NCBI GenBank assembly: GCA_046351595.1 | Contig: JAXLYE010000002.1 | Coordinates: forward strand, 1,560,022-1,624,021 | Reading direction: 5' to 3' | Length of the DNA stretch: 64,000 nucleotides | DNA from: Polyangia bacterium | GTDB lineage: Bacteria > Myxococcota_A > Polyangia > Palsa-1104 > JAEUJZ01 | In this document: positions 34,486 to 43,831 of the stretch, one piece after another | How the letters are laid out: every line of letters begins with the position of its first letter | How positions within the stretch are numbered: position 1 is the stretch's first letter | The notes under the pieces: generated by a model | What the model was told of the DNA's origin: nothing | The model's input: only the letters and a program-made list of their open reading frames with translations | Database searches by the model: none | Made by a program: the position numbers and the translations under genes

Positions 34486-35238
34486 GTGTCGTCCACGCTC
34501 TCGTCCGCGACGGTCTCGGTGACGCGCGTCTGCTCGGTCTGCAAGGCCGGCTACGTGCAAAGCCAGGGCCATGCCTGCCCGCTGGGCGAGTCCGTGCCGG
34601 CCACCAACGACACGCAGCTCGAGGGCGCGGTCCTCGGTGAGCGCTATCGCATCGCGCGCGCCATCTCCAAGGGCGGCATGGGCGTGGTGTTCAAGGCGCA
34701 CCACACGGTGCTCGACAAGCCGCTGGCGGTGAAGGTCATGCTGCAGCCGCAGGACGAGGCCGCGCGCCGCCGCTTCCTGCAGGAGGCGAAGCTGGCCTCG
34801 CAGGTCGCGCACCCCAACATCATCGACATCGTCGACTTCGGGGTGCTGACCACGGATCAGCCGTTCCTGGTCATGGAGTGGCTGTCCGGTCAGACGCTGG
34901 CCGACCTCATCGCCGAGGGCCCGCTGCCCTTCGCCCGCGCCTGCACCATCGCCGCCCAGATCGCCCGCGGCCTGCACGCGGTGCACCAGCGCGGCATCAT
35001 CCACCGCGACCTGAAGCCCGCCAACATCTTCGTCCTGCCGCAGGACGGCGGGTTCGATCTGGTCAAGATCGTCGACTTCGGCATCGCCACCCAGGTCGCG
35101 GACGGCGACGGGTCGCGGCCGGCGCCGGCGCGCCTGACCTCGCCGGGCATGGTGCTGGGCACGGCCGAGTACATGTCCCCCGAGCAGGCCCAGGGCATGC
35201 GCACCGACCACCGCGTCGATCAGTACGCGCTCTGCTGA
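34486..35238 (+). pseudogene. Ser/Thr protein kinase, N-terminal fragment (subdomains I-IX), truncated by the insertion at 35233
   Basis: The kinase motifs are GKGGMGVVFKA, HRDLKPANIF, DFGIA and GTAEYMSPEQ. The product ends ...VDQYALC*, and the expected continuation GCILFEMLTG... is found in frame at 40714. Confidence 0.75.
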
Positions 35239-35317
35239 CGCTGCCGTCGCGGCTGCGGGTCCAATCGATCCGCGGCTGCGTGCTCCCTCGCGCCCTCTCC
35301 CGGCAGGAGCCGCGCGG

Positions 35318-37090
35318 TCAGACGCTCAGGTCGCGCTCTGCATCGACCAGCGCGAAGCGCGCCATGGCCAGGTTGGCCCGCGTGCGATCGACGGCAAGGT
35401 AGATGAAGATCGACGGCCGGGCCCGCAGCGGCCGGATCAGGTGGTACTGCTTGCCGAGCGAGATCAGCATGTCCTCGATCTCGTCGCGCAGGTTCAGGGT
35501 CTTGATGATCTTGCGCTTGGCGCGGACCACCTCGGTGTTGCCGGCCGCTGCGACCTCGACGTTCAGGACGCCGCTGCCGCCGGCCCAGCCGAGGCACAGG
35601 CCGCTGTCGCTGTCGGCGACCGCGGCGCCGATGAAGCCTTCCACGTTCTGCTCCAGCTTGGCCAGGGCTTCTTTTACGCTGCTGCTCGTTACTGCCATCG
35701 GTTCTTCCTCCTCAAATTGCTCGTCAAACATGCTGGTTGCATCGAGCTGTAACCACGCCTGCTCGAGGCTGTGCTCAATCTGTTCAGGGCTCTGCGGGGG
35801 CTCGGCTGCGGCGGCATCGGGCTCCTGTGCGGGCTCGTGTGCAGGCTCCCTTTCGGGCTCCTTTTCGGGCTCCTTCTGCCCCAGCTCGTCCGGTGCCTCG
35901 GGCTCCTTTTCGGGATCTTCCTGCGGCTCCGGGCCAGGCTCCTTCAGCGCGGCGGCCTCCGGTCCGGTGCGATCCGCGGGCTCGGTCGGCGCCGCGGGCT
36001 CCGTGTGCTCCGTGTGCTCCGTGTGCTCCGTGTGCTCCGTGTGCTCCGTGTGCTCCGTGTGCTGCGCGGGCTGCGCGGGCTCTGCGGCTGCGACGCGGGG
36101 AGCCGCTGTCGGCGTCGTCCCGCTCGGGGCCGCCCCGGCCTCACTCTGTGCCTCTGCCTCCGCTTCCGGTGCTGCATCGGGCTGGAGGATCTGGAACAGC
36201 GGATCGGTCAGCCCGAGCTGCAGCGAGCCGATGGGAGTACGCCCCAGGTGCAGCCGGAACGTACCGCGCGGCCACTCCAAAAGCGACAGCATCGCGGCGC
36301 GACCGCGGCGCTCGCCGAGCTCCGCGTGCACGACGCGGCCCTCGTGGATCCACAGCTCACCGCGGCTCCAGCGCCGCCACACCACCAGCCGTCCGGTCAC
36401 CCCGGCGATCAGCAGGAGCTGCACGACCTCCAGCAGGCTCTCGGCCTGGAACTCGCCGCGGAAGTTGATCTGCTGCAGCGAATGCGGGCGCTGCCCGATG
36501 GCGGGGAAGTCGGCGCTCGCCCGCTGCGGGTGCAGAAAGAAGAAGGTCCCGTCCCGGCTCACTCTGCAGTACCCCGCCGGCAGCCGCGGGCTGATGCAGA
36601 CGAGCGGCCAGGTCGTGGTGACCTTCTGGAGCTGGCCGATCACCTCCAGCACGTACTCGTCGGTTTCTGTCAGATCGATGACCGCGCTCGAGAACGTACT
36701 CCGGCGCAGCACCTCGACGAGCGCGGCGTCCTTCATCCGGAAGGAGCGCACCTCCTCTCCCAGCTGCAGCCCTTCTGTGATCCGTTTCACATAGAGCGCC
36801 GCTTCATTACTGAGCACCAGGATCTGCCGTTGCGGTCCTTCCATTCGCATCTCCGCGTCCAGACGGAGCGATCGGCCAGCCGGTAGCGCAGCGGCGCCCT
36901 CCGCCGGGAAGGTGATCAGCGTGCCGGGGCCTGCTCTCAGGGGCGCAACGCCCGGACCGTGCTCGTCGCTCTGCACGGCTCCGGCCAGCGCGTGCAGCCC
37001 TGCCTCTCTCTCATCCCGCGTCCGTCCGCGCGCTGCGTCCGCGAGCCCTACGTTCACTCCGACAGACAACTGCTTCGCCTGAGGCTCCAT
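35318..37090 (-). CDS. DUF4388 (PATAN-like) plus Roadblock/LC7 (MglB-like) domain protein with a receiver-like N-terminus and a (HTE)7 / Pro-Glu-rich linker
   Basis: The ribosome-binding site AGGAGG precedes the ATG at 37090. The DUF4388 core reads ...FQAESLLEVVQLLLIAGVTGRLVVW...GELWIHEGRVVHA. The C-terminal Roadblock fold reads VKEALAKLEQNVEGFIGAAVADSDSGL... Confidence 0.8.
   Translation of the reverse strand: MEPQAKQLSVGVNVGLADAARGRTRDEREAGLHALAGAVQSDEHGPGVAPLRAGPGTLITFPAEGAAALPAGRSLRLDAEMRMEGPQRQILVLSNEAALYVKRITEGLQLGEEVRSFRMKDAALVEVLRRSTFSSAVIDLTETDEYVLEVIGQLQKVTTTWPLVCISPRLPAGYCRVSRDGTFFFLHPQRASADFPAIGQRPHSLQQINFRGEFQAESLLEVVQLLLIAGVTGRLVVWRRWSRGELWIHEGRVVHAELGERRGRAAMLSLLEWPRGTFRLHLGRTPIGSLQLGLTDPLFQILQPDAAPEAEAEAQSEAGAAPSGTTPTAAPRVAAAEPAQPAQHTEHTEHTEHTEHTEHTEHTEPAAPTEPADRTGPEAAALKEPGPEPQEDPEKEPEAPDELGQKEPEKEPEREPAHEPAQEPDAAAAEPPQSPEQIEHSLEQAWLQLDATSMFDEQFEEEEPMAVTSSSVKEALAKLEQNVEGFIGAAVADSDSGLCLGWAGGSGVLNVEVAAAGNTEVVRAKRKIIKTLNLRDEIEDMLISLGKQYHLIRPLRARPSIFIYLAVDRTRANLAMARFALVDAERDLSV
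35997..36062 (-). repeat. Perfect 9-bp x 7 tandem repeat (CTCCGTGTG on the + strand) encoding (His-Thr-Glu)7
   Basis: Counted directly in the sequence. Confidence 0.85.
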
Positions 37091-37612
37091 CGCGCTCCTC
37101 CTTCGGAACGACAACCCGCTGAACAAGACCTCAGGCGCTCCTGGCCAAGACCAGGCTGCGCGGCCCTGCCACCTCAGGTGCCTGCTGCACGACCGCCCGC
37201 TGGGGGAGCGAGCGATCGCCTCATCACGACTTCTTCTTGGCCAAGGTACCAACCTCCCGCTGCCCGTGACAATCCGGTCCGCCCCGCGCTGCCCAGGGGG
37301 GCCTACACCCATGCCCGCTGCGGACACTACTTAGGGCCTGGACCTAGCGACCCTGAGGTCCCGCGGCGGCGCTGCTTTGCGGAAGGTCTGTGCGCCCTTT
37401 GTTGATGCTGTTCGCCCGCCTCCCGCGTCAAGCAGAGCCGTGATGGAAAACCTGCGGAATTCCTTATCAGCGCCTGTGCTGTGCTGTGCTGTAGGAACAG
37501 CCGCTCCCAAGAAGGGGAAATGATGTCGGATTCGCATGTCTCCTACAGCATTTTGCATTCCTGATTCAGCGGCTGCCTGGTGTACTCTTTCCGCGTGGCA
37601 AGAGGTGATGTG

Positions 37613-39976
37613 ATGCTGCTTGATCCACACCAGCCCGCAGCCGGCTCGGACGCTCTCCTGTTCAAGCGACTGTTCGACCACAGCCTCGACGCGATGGTGG
37701 TTGCCGACGACGAGGGCCGCTATCTGGAGGTCAACGACGCCGCGTGCGTGCTGCTCGGCCACTCGCGCGATCAGCTCCTGCGCATGCGCGTCACAGACCT
37801 GCAGAGTCACGACGGACCCGACACGGCAGAGCGCTACAAGACCTACCTCCGCCGCGGCCGCGAGATCGGTGAGTTTCCCTTTTTGCGCGGCGGTTCCGAG
37901 CCGTGCATCGCGGAGTACTACGCCATCCGCCTGGGTCCCAACCAGAACTTCAGCGTGCTGCGCGATCTGACTGCGCGCAAGCGTACGGAGGCGCAGCTCC
38001 GGGAGAGCGAGGCGCGGTTCCGTCAGCTGGCGACCAGCCTGTACCGCGTCTTCTGGCTCGTCAGCGCCGACTACAGCGAGACTCTGTACGTAAATTCCCA
38101 GTACGAAACGGTATTCGGGCAGCCGCTGCGTACGGTGTACGCAGACTTCCGCGCCTGGCTGGCGCTGGTGCACCCCGACGATCGGCCGCAGGTCGCCGCG
38201 GTGATCGAGCAGTACCGCACGCAGCCCCACCCCGGCAGCCGCGAGCTGGAGTACCGGATCGTACACGCGGACGGCAGCGAGCGCTGGCTGCTGACGTCGC
38301 TGTTCCCGGTGCGCAGTGACGAGGGAGAGGTGTACCGACACGGCGGGCTGACGCGTGACGTGACGCACGAGAAGACGATGGCCGCGGCGCTGGTCGCCGC
38401 CGAGCAGAACTTCCGCGCGCTGGTCGAGAGCTCGCTCGATGGCATCGCGGTCCTTACGGGCGCGCGCATCGTATTCGCCAACCGCAAGATGCTCGATCTC
38501 TTGGGCGCCGCTTCGCTCGACGCGGTGCTCGGCGGGTCGCTGTCGGGGCAGATCCACCCGGGCGATCAGCAGACCTACGCCGAGGTGCTGGCCGAGCTCG
38601 CGCAGGGGGCGGAGCGCACCTCGCCGCGGCGGCTGCGATTCGTCGTGAAGACGGGCCGCACGATCGAGGTCGAGCTGACGCTGGTGCGGGTGCAGTTCAG
38701 CGGCCGTGCGGCGATCATGGCGGTGCTGCATGACCTGAGCGATCGCACGCGGGTGCGCCTGCTCAGCGAGGCCGTGGAGCTCGAGCGGGCGACCCGGCTG
38801 CAGGCCGATGCCGCCCTGCTGCGGGCGCGCGCGCTGCAGGCCATCACGGACGCTGCGCTGGCCTCTGGCGACGAGACCTTGCTGTTGTCCGAGCTGGCCG
38901 AGCGGGTGCGCGGGCTGCTCGGCGCCCGCTGCGTCAGCGTCTACCGCGTCGATGAAGAGGCCAAGGCGCTGCGCGCGGTCGCGATCACACCGGCCGCGCT
39001 CGGCGCCTGCGGGCAGGCGCTGGTGCCGCTGGGGACGTGGGTGTGGCAGGGCCCAGGGGGCCGCCCGACGATGCCCTCGCCCGACGCGGTGGCGCTGCTG
39101 CCGCCCGGGTTCCTGCCGACCGCGCTCATCCGGCTGACGCCGCCGGGGGGCAGCGCGCTCGGCCTGTTCGTGGTCAGCATGGCGCCCGACACCGGCCTCT
39201 CTGAAGACGATCTGCAGGTGCTGACGCCGATCGGCGAGCGGGTGGGCTCCGCTATCGAGCGCAGCCGCCTGTATCACCAGCTGCGGCAGGAGGAGGCGCG
39301 CCTGCGTGCGCTGTCGCGGCAGGTCGTAGAGGCGCAGGAGCGTGAGCGGCGCCACATCGCGCGCGAGCTGCACGACGATCTCGGGCAGCTGCTCACCGCG
39401 CTGTCGCTGCGGCTGCACCACTGCGCGCAGCAGGCGCCCGAGGCGCTGGGTCCCTCGATCGCCGAGGTGCAGGGGCTGAACCTCGAGCTTCTGGGCCGCG
39501 TGCGCCAGATGTCGCGGGCGCTGCGCCCGCCCATGCTCGACGATCTCGGCCTCTTGCCGGCGCTGACCTGGCACCTGGAGCGGGTGCGCAAGCTGATGCA
39601 GATCCACGTCCAGCTCGCGCACAGCGGCATCGATCGCCGCTTCTCACCCGAGCTCGAGATCACCGCCTACCGCGTCGTGCAGGAGGCCGTCACCAACATC
39701 GTCCGCCACGCCGGCGTGCGCGAGGCGGTCGTGCGCCTGTGGGCCAACTCGACCACGCTCGCGGTCCAGATCGTGGATCGGGGTGTCGGCTTTGATCCTC
39801 AGGCGATTCCGGAGTCCTCGGCCGGCCTGCTCGGGATGCAGGAGCGGGTGGTGCTGCTGGGGGGACACTTCACGGTGGAGTCCGCGCCCGGTCAGGGCAC
39901 TTCGATCACCGCCGAGTTCTCACTGAACATGAGCAAAGAGGGGGAGCGCCGCACCGCATGCCTATTACCCTCCTGA
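37613..39976 (+). CDS. Sensor histidine kinase with multiple PAS domains, a GAF-like region, a HisKA_3 domain and a HATPase_c domain (NarL-partner type)
   Basis: PAS-like segments include LLFKRLFDHSLDAMVV... The H-box reads RHIARELHDDLGQLLTAL, and the C-terminal ATPase motif is DRGVGFD. Confidence 0.9.
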   Translation: MLLDPHQPAAGSDALLFKRLFDHSLDAMVVADDEGRYLEVNDAACVLLGHSRDQLLRMRVTDLQSHDGPDTAERYKTYLRRGREIGEFPFLRGGSEPCIAEYYAIRLGPNQNFSVLRDLTARKRTEAQLRESEARFRQLATSLYRVFWLVSADYSETLYVNSQYETVFGQPLRTVYADFRAWLALVHPDDRPQVAAVIEQYRTQPHPGSRELEYRIVHADGSERWLLTSLFPVRSDEGEVYRHGGLTRDVTHEKTMAAALVAAEQNFRALVESSLDGIAVLTGARIVFANRKMLDLLGAASLDAVLGGSLSGQIHPGDQQTYAEVLAELAQGAERTSPRRLRFVVKTGRTIEVELTLVRVQFSGRAAIMAVLHDLSDRTRVRLLSEAVELERATRLQADAALLRARALQAITDAALASGDETLLLSELAERVRGLLGARCVSVYRVDEEAKALRAVAITPAALGACGQALVPLGTWVWQGPGGRPTMPSPDAVALLPPGFLPTALIRLTPPGGSALGLFVVSMAPDTGLSEDDLQVLTPIGERVGSAIERSRLYHQLRQEEARLRALSRQVVEAQERERRHIARELHDDLGQLLTALSLRLHHCAQQAPEALGPSIAEVQGLNLELLGRVRQMSRALRPPMLDDLGLLPALTWHLERVRKLMQIHVQLAHSGIDRRFSPELEITAYRVVQEAVTNIVRHAGVREAVVRLWANSTTLAVQIVDRGVGFDPQAIPESSAGLLGMQERVVLLGGHFTVESAPGQGTSITAEFSLNMSKEGERRTACLLPS

Positions 39977-40611
39977 TCGCCGACGATCACTTCCTGGTGC
40001 GCCAGGGCCTGAAGGCGCTGCTCTCGGCCTCCGGGGATCTGCAGATCCTGGGAGAAGCCGACCGCGGGGAGCTCGCGGTGCAGATGGCGCAGACGCTGCA
40101 GCCGGATGTCCTGATCCTGGATCTCGCAATGCCCGGCCCGAGCGGCCTGGATGTCGCGCAGACCCTGACAGAGCGCGGCGCGCGCTGCCGCATCCTGATG
40201 CTGTCGATGCACGACGACGAGTCGCACGTGCTGGCGGCGCTGCAGGCCGGAGCCCTGGGCTACATCCTCAAGTCCTCGGACGCGGCGGAGCTCCTGCAGG
40301 CGATCCGTGTGGTGGCCAGCGGTCAGCGCTACCTGGGGCAGCCGCTCAACGATCGCGTGATCGCCGCCTATGCCAAGCAGGCGCGCGGCCCGGCGCTGGA
40401 TCCGTATGAGACGCTGTCCCAGCGCGAGCGCGAGATCCTCAAGCTCGTTGCGGAAGGGAACAGCAACATGGAGATCGCCGCGCGCCTGGCCCTGAGCCCG
40501 CGCACCGTCGAGAACCACCGCGCCAGCGTGATGCGCAAGCTCGATCTGGCTTCGCCGACGGCGCTCATCCGCTACGCCATCCGCACCGGCCTCATCCCGC
40601 TGAGCGAGTGA
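39958..40611 (+). CDS. NarL/FixJ-family response regulator with a receiver domain and a LuxR-type HTH
   Basis: The receiver region reads LLIADDHFLVRQGL...VLILDLAMPG. The C-terminal HTH reads LSQREREILKLVAEGNSNMEIAARLALSPRTVENHR. The gene overlaps the kinase by 19 bp. Confidence 0.9.
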   Translation: MPITLLIADDHFLVRQGLKALLSASGDLQILGEADRGELAVQMAQTLQPDVLILDLAMPGPSGLDVAQTLTERGARCRILMLSMHDDESHVLAALQAGALGYILKSSDAAELLQAIRVVASGQRYLGQPLNDRVIAAYAKQARGPALDPYETLSQREREILKLVAEGNSNMEIAARLALSPRTVENHRASVMRKLDLASPTALIRYAIRTGLIPLSE

Positions 40612-40713
40612 GGACGGCGGCGGCGCGCGATTCGCAATTGATCCTCTAGCGATCCGCAGCGCGCGACCGGGCCGAGACGCCGTCGAGCCGCGGGGCCGCG
40701 ACAGTACGCGCTC

Positions 40714-41550
40714 GGCTGCATCCTGTTCGAGATGCTGACCGGGCATGTGCCGTTCGAGGGGCCGACGCCGGCGGCGACCATGCTGATGCACCTGACCAAG
40801 CAGCCGGTGCCACCGAGCAAGGACAGCCCGGACCTGGGCATCCCGCCGGCGCTCGACGCCATCGTGCTCAAGGCGATGGCGATGGAGGTCGCGGATCGTT
40901 ACCCGTCGATGAAGGAGCTCGAGGACGCGCTGGTCGCGCTGCTCGGTGAGCTGACGGGCCTGACGACGAGCGCGATCCTGCCCGCGGTCGGGCGCACGTC
41001 GCTGTCGCGCAGCGCCCCGCGCGCCGCGGTGACGGCGCCGGTGTCGTCGCTGCACCTGTTGCGCTGGCACAAGCTGGTGCTGGTCGGGCTGGTGGCGGCG
41101 CTGACCGCGCTCGGCACGCTGCTGGTGCGCTGGCGCTACGACCGCTCCGAGCCGAGCCGCCGCCCGAGCGCATCGACGCCGGCGGAGCCGACGCGGGCGC
41201 GGCGCGTGGTGTGGGAGATCCAGAGCCGGCCTGCGGGCGCAGCGGTGCTGCTCATGCCGGCGCAGACCCTGCTCGGCACCACGCCCTGGCGCGCCGAGCA
41301 GGCGGCCGAGTCGACGGCGGTCGAGGTCGAGCTGCGGCTCGCCGGGTACCGCCCGCGCCGCATCCGCCTCGATCGCGCCGTCGACGAGCACCGCGTCGAG
41401 GCGCTGCAGCCCGAGCGCGAGCGCACGAGCGGCGGCAAGAAGCCCAAGGGCGCCGGCGGCAAGGCCCGCCCCGGCCGGGATGGCCACGAGGGCCGCGAAC
41501 CATCGGGCGGCAGCCTGAATGACAACGACTCCCTGCCGATCATCAAGTGA
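40714..41550 (+). pseudogene. Ser/Thr protein kinase, C-terminal fragment (subdomains X-XI, a transmembrane helix and a PEGA domain), separated from its N-terminal part by the insertion
   Basis: Reading in frame from the repeat gives QYALGCILFEMLTGHVPFEG... The transmembrane helix is WHKLVLVGLVAALTALGTLLV, and the PEGA-like segment reads VVWEIQSRPAGAAVLLMPAQTLLGTTPW...VEVELRLAGYRP. The first ATG is at 40732. Confidence 0.7.
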
Positions 41551-42179
41551 GGCAGCGCGCCATGAACACACGCTCACTCAAAGGACCGCGGCGGCTCCCG
41601 GTCGCGCTGCTGGCGCTGCTGGCGCTCCTCTTTACGGCGCTGCCGCAGCTCGCGCACGCCGACAACTTCGAGAAGCTGTTCCGCCAGGGCCTGACCCTGT
41701 ACGAGCGCAAGGAGTACGAGCCCGCGATCGAGGCGTTCCTGCAGGCCTATGAGGTGCGGCAGCTGCCGCGCGTGCTGCTCAACATCGCGCAGGTGTACCG
41801 CAAGATCGGGCGCGGCAACGACGCGCTCCTTTACTACGAGCGCTACCTCAAGGCCGAGCCGAACCCGCCGCCCAAGATCCGCGCCGACGTCGAGGCGTAC
41901 GTCCAGCAGGTGCGCGCGCTGGTCAATACGCCCGAGGTCAAGGAAGACCTCTTGCGCCGCCAGGAGCCCGCGCCCACCGGCTGGGACCCGGACACCGGCC
42001 AGATGCTGGCCTGGTACAAGAAGCAGTACGAGGCGAGCCGCAAGCTGTACAAGAAGCCGTGGTTCTGGGCGGTGATCGGCGGCGCGGTCGCGGCCTCGGT
42101 GGCCATCGGCGTCGGTGTCGGCGTCGGCGTCACCCAGAGGAACAAGATCCCCGAGGGGATCACCATCTTGAACTTTTAG
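41547..42179 (+). CDS. TPR-repeat protein with a signal peptide and a C-terminal transmembrane helix
   Basis: The signal peptide reads LPVALLALLALLFTALPQLAHA. The TPR-like core reads YEPAIEAFLQAYEV...ALLYYERYLKAEP. The C-terminal transmembrane segment reads WFWAVIGGAVAASVAIGVGVGVGV. Confidence 0.65.
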   Translation: MRQRAMNTRSLKGPRRLPVALLALLALLFTALPQLAHADNFEKLFRQGLTLYERKEYEPAIEAFLQAYEVRQLPRVLLNIAQVYRKIGRGNDALLYYERYLKAEPNPPPKIRADVEAYVQQVRALVNTPEVKEDLLRRQEPAPTGWDPDTGQMLAWYKKQYEASRKLYKKPWFWAVIGGAVAASVAIGVGVGVGVTQRNKIPEGITILNF

Positions 42180-42244
42180 CGAACCGCCGCGCGCGCCGAT
42201 TCCTAGTCCGCTCGACCTGGGCGCGCGCTCCCGAGGAGGCCCCC

Positions 42245-43309
42245 ATGTCAGCGACGCCCGCAATGTCACCGACGTCCGCGCTGTCTGCGCCGTCCGCGCT
42301 GTCACCGACGTCGGCGATGTCGGCAGTGCCTGCGGCGTCCGCCGCTCCCGCGATGCGCGTACGCTCTGCGGCGCCGCGCCCGTCGGTCGGTCGCGCGCGG
42401 CGGCGGTCGCCGTCCGGCTGGAGGCGCGCCGCGTTTGGCGCCCTCGGCATCCTCTGCGGCGGCGGCTCGCTGCTGTCGGCGGCGGGCTGCGGCGATCGCC
42501 AGGTGGTGGTCGTCAGCGTCACCGGCCGGCCGGATCCGGTCTCGGGCCTGGGCGTCTACTACCGCGTCGATCCGGACGGCGGGCCGCTGCGCTTCGGCGG
42601 GCTGAAGCCGGCCAACGGCATCGTGCCAAACTACGACCTGTTCGGGATCTCGCTCGATCGCGGCGTCAGCGGCACGCTGAGCATCGATGTCTACGCGCAC
42701 CAGGACGGATCCCCCTGCATCCGCAGCCGCGGCCACGCCGACGTCGCGCTGAGCGGCGATCCCAAGCAGCAGGCCGAGGTCGTCATGGCCCCGGTGCAGG
42801 CCGCCTGCGACACCAGCTTCCCGGGCGGCGTATTCCCCAAGAACGCCAAGATCTGGGGCAGCGCCATCGACGACCTGTGGATCGTCGGGGACGGCGGCGC
42901 GATCGTGCGCTGGAACGGCGTGTACCTCGAAACCGTGCCGCTGCCCGAGCCGCTCAAGATGGCGCGGCCGCAGCTGCCCAACTTCCGCGCCGTCTCCGGC
43001 TCCGGCGCGCGCAACGTCTGGATCGTCGGCGATCAGGGCACGGTGCTGCGCTGGAAGGTTGCCGGCGCCCGCCCTCCTGTGCGCTGCGCCACCCTGCGGC
43101 GCCGGGGGAGCCCGGGGGAACGTGCTACGATCTCGGCGTGTCCTCAGGCAAGCAGAGGTCGGGCGGCGACCTCGGGCTCCGCGTCGAAGAGGACCTCCTC
43201 TTCGTCACCCCCACCGGTGACATGCCGCCCGAGCAGGCGCAGCGCGTGGTGCAGCTTTCCGCGGAGGTCTTCGCGCGGCACGGGCACCTGTTCCTGCTCG
43301 CCGACATGA
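42245..43309 (+). CDS. Lipoprotein with propeller-like W-x-V-G-D-x-G-x-x-x-R-W repeats; the C-terminal 80 aa look like out-of-frame sequence, so a frameshift or pseudogene is possible
   Basis: The ribosome-binding site GAGGAGG precedes the ATG. The lipobox is LLSAAGCGD. After about 43080 the frame becomes Arg/Ser/Pro-rich with no stop until 43309. It overlaps the next gene by 170 bp in another frame. Confidence 0.5.
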   Translation: MSATPAMSPTSALSAPSALSPTSAMSAVPAASAAPAMRVRSAAPRPSVGRARRRSPSGWRRAAFGALGILCGGGSLLSAAGCGDRQVVVVSVTGRPDPVSGLGVYYRVDPDGGPLRFGGLKPANGIVPNYDLFGISLDRGVSGTLSIDVYAHQDGSPCIRSRGHADVALSGDPKQQAEVVMAPVQAACDTSFPGGVFPKNAKIWGSAIDDLWIVGDGGAIVRWNGVYLETVPLPEPLKMARPQLPNFRAVSGSGARNVWIVGDQGTVLRWKVAGARPPVRCATLRRRGSPGERATISACPQASRGRAATSGSASKRTSSSSPPPVTCRPSRRSAWCSFPRRSSRGTGTCSCSPT

Positions 43310-43560
43310 AGCGCGCCGGCCTCGTGCCCGCGGAGTCGCGGCGCATCCTGGCCCGCTTCGCGGCCGAGAACCCACCGCTGGCGCTGGCCATGTACAACGT
43401 CGGTCCGCTGGTCCGCGGCGTGAACGCGCTGTTGTTCGGGGCCATCGGCCTGCTCGGCAAGCGGCGCCTGAACGTGATGCTGTTCGCGACGGAAGATGCG
43501 GCCAGGGCGTGGCTCCTGGCCGAGCGCCGGCGGCTGCTGCCCGAGCGCGGGAAGGGGTGA
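43138..43560 (+). CDS. Hypothetical protein
   Basis: The product reads ...DLLFVTPTGDMPPEQAQRVVQLSAEVFARHGHLFLLADMKRAGLVPAESRRIL... with good codon bias. A GTG start at 43138 or an ATG near 43222 are both possible. Confidence 0.5.
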   Translation: MSSGKQRSGGDLGLRVEEDLLFVTPTGDMPPEQAQRVVQLSAEVFARHGHLFLLADMKRAGLVPAESRRILARFAAENPPLALAMYNVGPLVRGVNALLFGAIGLLGKRRLNVMLFATEDAARAWLLAERRRLLPERGKG

Positions 43561-43831
43561 GGCGACGGGGCCGCGCGCCCGCACCGGGCGATGAGCTTCG
43601 GCGCGAGCCGACCTGACCCCACCGACGGGTCGGACCCGTTCCGGCGCCGGGTCGGGCGCTGCGCCGGCTCTGGGCGCTGTCGGGACGGCGTGCAGACCTC
43701 GGCGAGATCAAAGTGATTACCACTGGAACGCGAAGGCTGCTCCGTACTCCGGACTCCCTTGCTCATTCCTTCCGACACTCCGGAAGCGGCCCGGGGCTCC
43801 CGGCTGGTCGGGAACCGGAACGAGCCTCGTC

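Larger units (their letters stand above)
35233..40701. mobile_element. 5,469-bp insertion into the kinase gene, flanked by a perfect 12-bp direct repeat CAGTACGCGCTC (35221-35232 and 40702-40713), with no transposase or integrase
   Basis: The repeat copies sit exactly at the two ends of the kinase reading frame (QYAL / QYAL). Cargo is a DUF4388-LC7 gene on the - strand, and a PAS/GAF histidine kinase plus NarL regulator on the + strand. Confidence 0.5.
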
